Shown here: positions 57,101 to 64,000 of the stretch, one piece after another
Numbering within the stretch: the first letter of the stretch is position 1
How the letters are laid out: every line of letters begins with the position of its first letter
Origin: Vicugna vicugna
Taxonomy: Eukaryota
Assembly (NCBI GenBank): GCA_013265495.1
Contig: MU060486.1
Coordinates: 124,001-188,000 of the forward strand
Length of the DNA: 64,000 nt
Reading direction: 5' to 3'
The notes under the pieces: model-generated
Database searches by the model: none
What the model was told of the DNA's origin: nothing
The model's input: the letters and a program-made list of their open reading frames with translations, nothing else
Translations under genes and position numbers: made by a program

Positions 57101-60100
57101 GTCCCGCCCGCGGCCCACCTGCGCCACGTCCTGAGCCTCCACGTGGAGCCAGCCGCCAGAGCAGATAGTCGCCTCGTAGAGCACCAGCCCGAAGGCCTGG
57201 CCGTTCCCGCCGTGGATGGGAAGGTTCTCCATGTTGAGCGGCGTCCGGGAGACCACCGGCTGGGGGGACACGGCAGAAGCGGGGGCAGGGTGAGACCCTG
57301 TCAAGGGCTGCTGTGCCTCCTGGTCCCCAGGGGCTCTCTCGGGGGAGACACTGAAACGGGGGCTAGGAGACGGCGCCCTGCGCCCACGTCTCCACAGACC
57401 AAGAAACAGGGTGGAGGGCACTGGGAAGGGGCATTGCTGTAATCCTGAGGACAAACACAGGAATGGCTGTATCCAACATGATGGGGGCGAGCCAGGGAGC
57501 ACGCGCCCCACACACCCACATGCCGGGCACGGCTTTTGTCGGACGGAGCGCAGGCGGAGGGACACTGAATTAGCCCAACCGCACACCGGTCTTCACGGAC
57601 AGGCGTCTGACCCTGAAGGGAGGGCAGGAGCCCAGGGAAGACCAGTAGTTCGGCCAGTTGGTGGCAAAGAGGAGGCAGAAAGTAGTTTCATGGGCTGGTG
57701 GCCCAGCGGCCTTCCCCTGCGGACGGAGCAGCCCCGCTCGAGCGCCTCCCCCCGCTGGGTCACCTGAGCTGGGAGAGGACCCCCACCTGGCCCCACTTCT
57801 GCCCACCCCGTCTCGTGCTTCAAGTTCAGAATGGCTTTTTCCTAGTCCGCCAGAAGGAACTCCCAGCTCTGGCCCCATAGTTCTAAATTTGAACAAAATG
57901 CAGAGGATTACTCTCATGTTTCCCAGGAAGAAGCCCTTGGAGGGGTCTCTGCTCTGGGGACTGGGCCTACACCCCGCCATGTCCCCAGTGGCCACCCCTC
58001 CCCCGGTGCCCAGGCAGCACTCACCCTATTTAAGTACTGCAGGACATCCCACAGCGGCAAGTAAAGGGATGGTCTCACGGACGGATACACAGCCTTGCGG
58101 GTGGGCTTAGGTAGGAGGGGCAGGGGCGTTACTGCAGAGAAATTGGACAAGCATCACCTGGAATGACTCGCCCTTCTCCGAGCCTCCCCACACCTGGCCA
58201 GGAGCTCTGGTGCCCTTAGCCTAGCTCCCCCCGGAGTGAAGAGACACGGCAGGAACCAGGTCGGAGCCATTCCGTGGGCACAGAGGGTGACAGATACACC
58301 CTCCAGGGGCAACGTGGGCCAGGGAGGCTGAGGGCTCTTAGGGAGCGCGACCTCTGCCTTTCCACAATGCCCGTGCTAATTTCCTTGTTGGCACCCAGGA
58401 GACGGTCATTAACTTCATGTAATAAATACACTTAAGTAGGGCATTACATCGAACTAAGAGCTTTATAAATAGTTACTTAATCTTCACAGTCATTATAGGA
58501 GACATTTAGTGAAGACACTGAGGCTTAAAGGGCTTAAAAACACTCGTGCAAAACCACACAGCTTTTAAGTGGAAAAACCAGGATTTGAACTGAAGGCTGC
58601 CCCTAACCTTAACGTGCTCCTTGAAGCCCCTGCCCACAGAGAAACCTTCCCTCCCCTGCCCGCCACGGAGGGCCACCCCAGGTAAAATGGTGGCTGTGTA
58701 CCGAAGACGGATTGGAAGAGCTTTCGAAGCTTGAAATATTTGTCTGTGTAGTCCCCGGCCTCAGTCAGCACAGCATCATAGTCTGCAAGACACCAGCCGC
58801 CGTCATTGGGCTGCACTTCCAGCAAGAGATGGGCCAGGGCCACAGAGGTAGGCAGGGGACATCTCCCGGAAGGACACCCGCCCCTGGACCGGCCGGGCCC
58901 ACCTGGGAGCACACCCCACAGCCCTCCCGGAGCAGAGGCTGTGGCACTGGGCCATCCTTGGCCTTCCTGTGGAGTGGACACTGTCCTCTCTCCTCAACCT
59001 GACGGCCCAGCAGGCCTGTCGGTGCCCAGGTGGCAGGCACCGCTGGCACTCTGTGTCAGAAGCTTTGGGTCAGGGTGTGTCCATGATGGCGAAGCAGAGC
59101 ATTAGGTCAGAGGCAGCCCCTCCGCTGCAGTGACCGCCAGCAGTGGGGGGCGGGGGCATCGTGAGCATCTCAGAGGAAAGAAGGAGAAGCAGACGAGGAA
59201 ACCCTCAGTGCTCAGCGTAGATTACGGGTCAAGAAGCCGGTGACGCCAGGACGCACAGACGCCGGGGCCCTGCAGCAAGCACTTGCCGTAGCTGGTGATG
59301 ACAGCCCTGTAGTGCGTGAAGTGTATGCCGCCGTTCATGAAGCCGAAGTTGGTCCCGCCGTGAAACATGTACACATTGAAGGAGATGTCCAGCTGGATAA
59401 ATTCAGTCACGGTATTTTCAACATCTGCAGAGGAGGAAGATGAAAAATAGAGGACAATTACGAGAAGACAGAAGTCTCCGAAATCTTCCCAGCCCTGCCC
59501 CACAATCAGCTTCATTGTTTTGCCCTTCAGCCTCCACCAGATTCAGGTGACAGGTGGGTTTGGCCAGAACTACACTCTGAAAGCAAGTCTCGTCAATACC
59601 AAGAGACCTTTGGAAAATTACTTTTCCCAGAGTATGGACAAAATTTGACTCCAAACTACATCTGTTAAATAATATCCCAAGAGCCTTGATGTCACTTAAA
59701 TAGCTCGTGTTCACTAAACTTTCTGAAATTGAGAAATGAGTAATGAGAGTGTACTCATTACTACCTCCTAGGTGAGGCCTCGGGGAACACTGACTTAGAA
59801 CCACTGCGACAGTCCACAATCTTCAGCCACAGAAACGCCCACCTCTGCCCTGCCTGTGACAGGGACGGGTGGTCGGAGGTTGGCGGCGCGGCGGTTCGGC
59901 GCCGGCTGCTCGCCTGGCGATGGTCTGGTCTGTTCCGCCTGTTTTCTCCCTGAACCTCCGCTTCCTGCTCTGTTAAATGGAAGTCCTAACTCCTGCCATG
60001 CCCAGGACTGGTGGGGGCACGTGTGTGAGGAACACCACTCAGTGCCCGGCGTCCGTGTGGTCAGAAAACTGCTGTTTATTGGGGGGGGTTGTTTTTGCTT

Positions 60101-60935
60101 TGTTTTGTTTTGTTTTCCATTTGCCAGCCCAAAGCAGGGGCTTCTCAGCTACCCACCACCTTTCAGCGGTTCGCTTCACTTCAGGCACAGGTGAGCTTGT
60201 TCATACAGCAGCAATAGCTGAGGTATCTTTAGCCAAAAAAGACTCTCATTACCATCACCTGCGGGGCGCTGTCCTGGGTGGTTACGTGGGTGGCGACATC
60301 TCACCCTGACGACAGCCCCGTTAGGCGGGGTGCGTGGCAGCCCCGTTCTGGGTGGGGACGCTCAGGGGTCCCTCGGCTGGTGCAGCGGAGCCGGGACTGA
60401 AGTCCTTGTCTCCTTGGCTCCAGGGCCCTCGCTCTCCCTCCTGATCCCTTCTACCACCCGCTGACGTCCCCACAGCAGGGCCTGTGCCACCTCCAGGGAG
60501 GACCAGGACTTGCACCAAAGCACCCCTTACTCAGGGCCCCTTCCCGCGACCCCACTGCAGGTCTGTTCCCATCTCTCCTGTCACCACACCTGTTAGTTTG
60601 CTTCAAGCCACCTGTTGGACGGGGACCCTGCACTGATTGTGCACTTCTTAATTACCTGACCGTCCACTACGTGACAGGCTCCCGGGGTGAGGCCAGGTAA
60701 TGTGTGCCCACCGGGCATCCCCAGGCCTGGCCCAGTCCCTGTCCGTGATAGGTGCAGAAGGGACCACTGTGGACGAAGAACTGACTGACCATCAGAGAAA
60801 TGAGCACTGACCCTGACTCGGACCGGCCCGCCGGGCTCCTGGGCTCTTACCGCCAGCGTCTGTAGGGGTGTGCCTCTTCCCCCACGTGTCAAACCAGCCA
60901 ACCCAGTACTCCATGACCAGGACGGGCTTATTCTT
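54059..60935 (-). CDS. GLB1L3: Beta-galactosidase-1-like protein 3 (GH35), 3' part only (11 coding exons, 361 aa in window)
   Basis: Exons 85,138,81,107,141,72,79,88,112,117,66 sum to 1086 nt in frame. Motifs [40 protein letters not shown] and C-terminal STDKPVL* match GLB1L3 rather than GLB1L2; gene order also fits. Confidence 0.93.
54261..54377 (-). CDS. GLB1L3: GLB1L3 exon equivalent to GLB1L2 exon 18
   Basis: [39 protein letters not shown]; |GTGTGT. Confidence 0.94.
55428..55539 (-). CDS. GLB1L3: GLB1L3 exon equivalent to GLB1L2 exon 17
   Basis: [37 protein letters not shown]; |GTGAGT. Confidence 0.93.
55781..55868 (-). CDS. GLB1L3: GLB1L3 exon equivalent to GLB1L2 exon 16
   Basis: [28 protein letters not shown]; |GTGTGT. 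Confidence 0.93.
56277..56355 (-). CDS. GLB1L3: GLB1L3 exon equivalent to GLB1L2 exon 15
   Basis: [26 protein letters not shown]; |GTGGGC. Confidence 0.93.
56764..56835 (-). CDS. GLB1L3: GLB1L3 exon equivalent to GLB1L2 exon 14
   Basis: [24 protein letters not shown]; |GTATGT. Confidence 0.92.
57119..57259 (-). CDS. GLB1L3: GLB1L3 exon equivalent to GLB1L2 exon 13
   Basis: [47 protein letters not shown]. Confidence 0.93.
58025..58131 (-). CDS. GLB1L3: GLB1L3 exon equivalent to GLB1L2 exon 12
   Basis: [35 protein letters not shown]; |GTGAGT. Confidence 0.93.
58440..58620 (-). mobile_element. MIR fragment
   Basis: gaagacactgaggcttaaagggcttaa...accacacagc...ccaggatttgaac. Confidence 0.45.
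58702..58782 (-). CDS. GLB1L3: GLB1L3 exon equivalent to GLB1L2 exon 11
   Basis: [27 protein letters not shown]; tcttgcag| and |GTACAC. Confidence 0.94.
59287..59424 (-). CDS. GLB1L3: GLB1L3 exon equivalent to GLB1L2 exon 10 (GC donor)
   Basis: [45 protein letters not shown]; donor TACG|GCAAGT. Confidence 0.93.
59940..60080 (+). mobile_element. GC-shifted MIR fragment
   Basis: ctccctgaacctccgcttcctgctctgttaaatgg...cagtgcccggc. Confidence 0.4.
60851..60935 (-). CDS. GLB1L3: GLB1L3 exon equivalent to GLB1L2 exon 9
   Basis: [28 protein letters not shown]; ttctag| and |GTAAGA. Confidence 0.92.
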
Positions 60936-61519
60936 CTAGAAACAAACCAAACCAAACATCCAGGCTAACAAAGGGGAAAGAAAGTCAGACAAGCTGAAAA
61001 CAACCGATGAAAATTTGAGGAACTCACGCTTTCCACTTTTCCCAATTCAGCGCCCCTCCCATCCCCTGCCCACCACACCTTCGCCACCATCACAGCAGCG
61101 GCTCCCCCACGCCCCCCACCTCAGACCCTTCCAGCATCACGCACCCCTTGCCACGTGCCCAGCGGGGCTGGAAGAGGACCTGACAGCAAATCTTCACGGA
61201 GAGACCGAGAGTCAGAGGTCATATGGCTGGAAGGTCGGAGCCACAGTCAGATCCCCGAGACCAACCATCAGCCACCAGTTCATATTGCCCGCTGAGCTCA
61301 TCACTAGAGCTCTTTGCATCTTTGTTTAACTGTATTCTACCTCATCTGTGCTGAAGTGCCCATTGCAATTGTTTCTATCATTTATTTTCAGTTTCTAACA
61401 GGTCTTACTTTGTATATTTGTGTTAAGAAACAATCTGGTATTTAACAACTCATAAATGTTGCCATGTCTTTATGAATTATGTCTTTTATTTATAAAAGGA
61501 ATTACTGTCATATGACAAT

Positions 61520-61745
61520 GACTACTGACCACTGAATTCTGACCACATGCTGAGCACTGTTTGAACTTAATTTGTCCTGTGTAACAATGTATTAAGACAG
61601 ATACTATCAGTCCCCATTTTACAAACAAAGAAATGAGGTTAGATGGCGCCCAAGCTCCCTCAGCCAGTAAGTGGCAGAGCTGGGATGTGAACGCGGCCAG
61701 CCTGGCTCCAGGACCCACACTCTTAACCATTACACTGTGTTGCCT
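61520..61745 (-). mobile_element. MIR, near full length
   Basis: atcagtccccattttacaaacaaagaaatgagg...agtaagtggcagagctgggatgtgaac...ctggctcc...actcttaacc. Confidence 0.7.
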
Positions 61746-62229
61746 CTGGGTTGTAAATGACTTATTTCTAAAAATAGAAGGAAACACACCAAAGCAATTC
61801 CATTTCCCAAAACTTCTGGACCAACTCTTGCCTAGAAAACACAGGCATCTCTGTGGCCTAAACCGTCAGAGGCCACAGGCTTGCGGCCTGACACCCACAT
61901 CCACGTCTAGCCTAGCATTTCCCACTCTGCTGATAATGTGGGCTCTTCTTCAGAATCATAGGACTAGCTGGGTTAGCTGTTGTCGGGCCATGTGTCTGAC
62001 AGCGGCAGAGTCTCCTGGGGACCGCCGGGTGTCCACGCGATCTCCCGACCACACCGCCGTCGCAGGTGAGAACCGCCAGCCGTCCTCCCGGGACACCTCT
62101 CAGCTGCGCCTGGGGTTGGACACCATGACTTCTGGGTCCCACGCACTCCTGTCTTGGTTTAATCCCGCATTTCCTGAATCCTCCAAACACTTCCGAGACA
62201 CGGTGAGTGGAAAATTGGTATTGTTTAAG

Positions 62230-62980
62230 TCTCTGAATGTCTGAAAAGATCTTTATTCTACCAACACAGTTGCTAAATATTTAGACTAGGTGTAAAATTC
62301 TAAGCTGAAAGTCATTTATCCTCAAGGTGTTAAAGGCATGCTCCGTAGCTTTCTGCCATCCAACGTTGATATTTTTAAATCCTGTACACCTGATTCTTGT
62401 TGCTTCGCACGCGAGCCTCCGGTTTTTCCCTCTGTGGGACGTCAGTTTCACAACGTGGCTCTTTTTTAAATCACTTACTGTGCTGACAGTTTGAGGGGCA
62501 CTTTCAGTCTAGAACTCCGTCCTTCGGGTAGAGGAAGTCTTTCTGTGTCAGTTGCAGTTTCCTCTCCTCCGTCTTTTGTCTTCTCTTCTGCAGCTAATGT
62601 TTAGTAAGATACCGATACCCTGCGCTAGTTTGCAAGACATTTGTGTTGTCTCTTACACTTCATATCTTGTTGGCTTGTACTAGTTCTAGAAAATGTCCTC
62701 AGCTTTACCTTCACCTCATACTTGATTTTTAACTTCAAATATTAGATTTTAATTTCGAAGAATTAATTTTGGTTCTGATTATCCCTTTTCCTTAACAGCT
62801 CACCCTGTGTCTGCATAAATAATCTTATCCATACCTCTATGCATATTAATGAGCATTTTTGATATTAGATTCCACTTCCTGAGTTAACTCTATATTCCAT
62901 GGTTTCCATTTTCTCCTTTATTTATAGCTTAATTATTTTCTCATTGGGAACTTTTACTAAATAAATACTTGATTCTCCAT
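62230..62980 (-). mobile_element. Old L1/HAL1 ORF1-region fragment
   Basis: T-rich text (gtgtaaaattctaagctgaaagtcattt...aaggcatgctcc...ctttctgccatccaacgttgat) typical of reversed ancient L1 ORF1. Confidence 0.5.
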
Positions 62981-63599
62981 TTGTTTTACAGGGGAGGTCT
63001 GACTTCAGTGTCACCGTGGACAGTGCGACCAGTGCCTTTGATGTCCTCCTCCTGGAAATCCCCAAAATCAGAATGAAGAATGAGAAGCAGAGACACAGAC
63101 ATCTCCCACAGATCTCAGAGACATCTGAAACCGGGAAACACAAATTAGAAGGAAAGAGTGGCAGAACACTGACGGTCGACCAGGAGTTCCAAAACTGCAG
63201 AAAGATGATCTTTAAAGATTTTTAAAAAGCGTAGCAGCACAAATTTCTTGCAAGAATCATACCCGATAGTGAAATAGCAACAGCTTCTTACTTGCAGTTA
63301 CAGAAAGGGGTGCACAAGCTGGCAAAAAGGAGCACACGCTGCATAAGTCAATGTGTCAGAGGCCTGGAAGGAAGGAAGTATTGAAGGATCAAGGATAAAA
63401 CCATTAGCAGGAAGAAGTCTGCTTGTGAAGCATCTGAGAGCAGCCCTGAAATTTCAGCTGGCTCCCTGGGAGAGGCAGGAAGGGGAGGGAGGCAGGTGGA
63501 GAAAAGAGCTCAGACTGCAGGCAGCAACTGCACCAGGTCTGCCCTGTAGCCCGGGATGGAGTCATGCGCTCCCTCCTGGAGTACCTGAGACAACAAGAG

Positions 63600-64000
63600 C
63601 CCATCCCACCAAAACTGAGTCATAATAAAAAAGGGACAAGAACAGGACCTGTTTCTTTAGTTTACAATGAAAAAGGGACAAAACAGGGGGAAAATTACAA
63701 AGGAGAAAGGCCAAAAATTTGCCATGAGACAGGTCAATGATGTGGCCCAAAAATATTGTTGTAAAGTTTAAAATCTCAGTGAAGCAATCACCTCTGTACA
63801 TTGAAACCATGAAACAGAACTAAGAATGCTCAAGGAAGACATGGTAAGCAAACACACGGAGCTAAAAGATGACCTGGCAGAAGGTTCTTTAAAGTAAATA
63901 TACTGAAGGTATATGAAGATATATTAAAGGGTAGAAAATATTAAGTCAAAACTGCAAGCAGCTAAAAAGGAAATGAACAATTTAAGGGACATGAAAAGAA
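63600..64000 (+). mobile_element. Possible old L1 ORF1-like fragment
   Basis: A-rich, purine-skewed text resembling decayed ORF1; family not resolvable. Confidence 0.35.

Noticed and set aside
60265-60285. REST/RE1-like motif GGCGCTGTCCTGGGTGGTTAC
   Set aside because: One half-site is perfect but the other matches only 6/9; it is far from the neural gene and not supportable without ChIP data
61000-64000. Further upstream GLB1L3 exons
   Set aside because: I searched for the 71-nt VLAxINL-type exon and found none; the region is repeat-derived and the exon is probably beyond the window

Overview
Mammalian, GC-rich, CpG-rich genomic DNA. The youngest LINE-1 3' end looks camelid-like; this is inferred from recalled repeat consensus and not verified. 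The window holds the B3GAT1-GLB1L2-GLB1L3 block known from human 11q25. B3GAT1 (GlcAT-P, HNK-1 glucuronyltransferase) is on the + strand with a complete 334-aa CDS in four coding exons. It can also make a 13-aa N-terminally extended form through an alternative splice donor. GLB1L2 (GH35 beta-galactosidase-like) is on the - strand, complete, with 19 coding exons summing to 1911 nt (636 aa). The last 11 coding exons of its tandem paralog GLB1L3 are also on the - strand, and its 5' part lies beyond the window. All exon boundaries were read by hand and keep frame. The remainder is MIR, L2, L1, HAL1-like, Tigger/MER2 and MER53 repeats, microsatellites, three CpG islands and a 165-N gap. The most notable oddities are: (1) an unclassified ~207-bp palindromic MITE-like insert inside an old L1 ORF1; (2) a splice-donor switch turning the first B3GAT1 ATG into either an N-terminal extension or a 4-codon uORF; (3) a GC-AG intron whose two ends are conserved between GLB1L2 and GLB1L3; (4) an orphan CpG island in GLB1L2 intron 7; (5) a duplicated decoy acceptor before a B3GAT1 exon; (6) an ORF2-less L1. 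I found no convincing wholly new gene or system.
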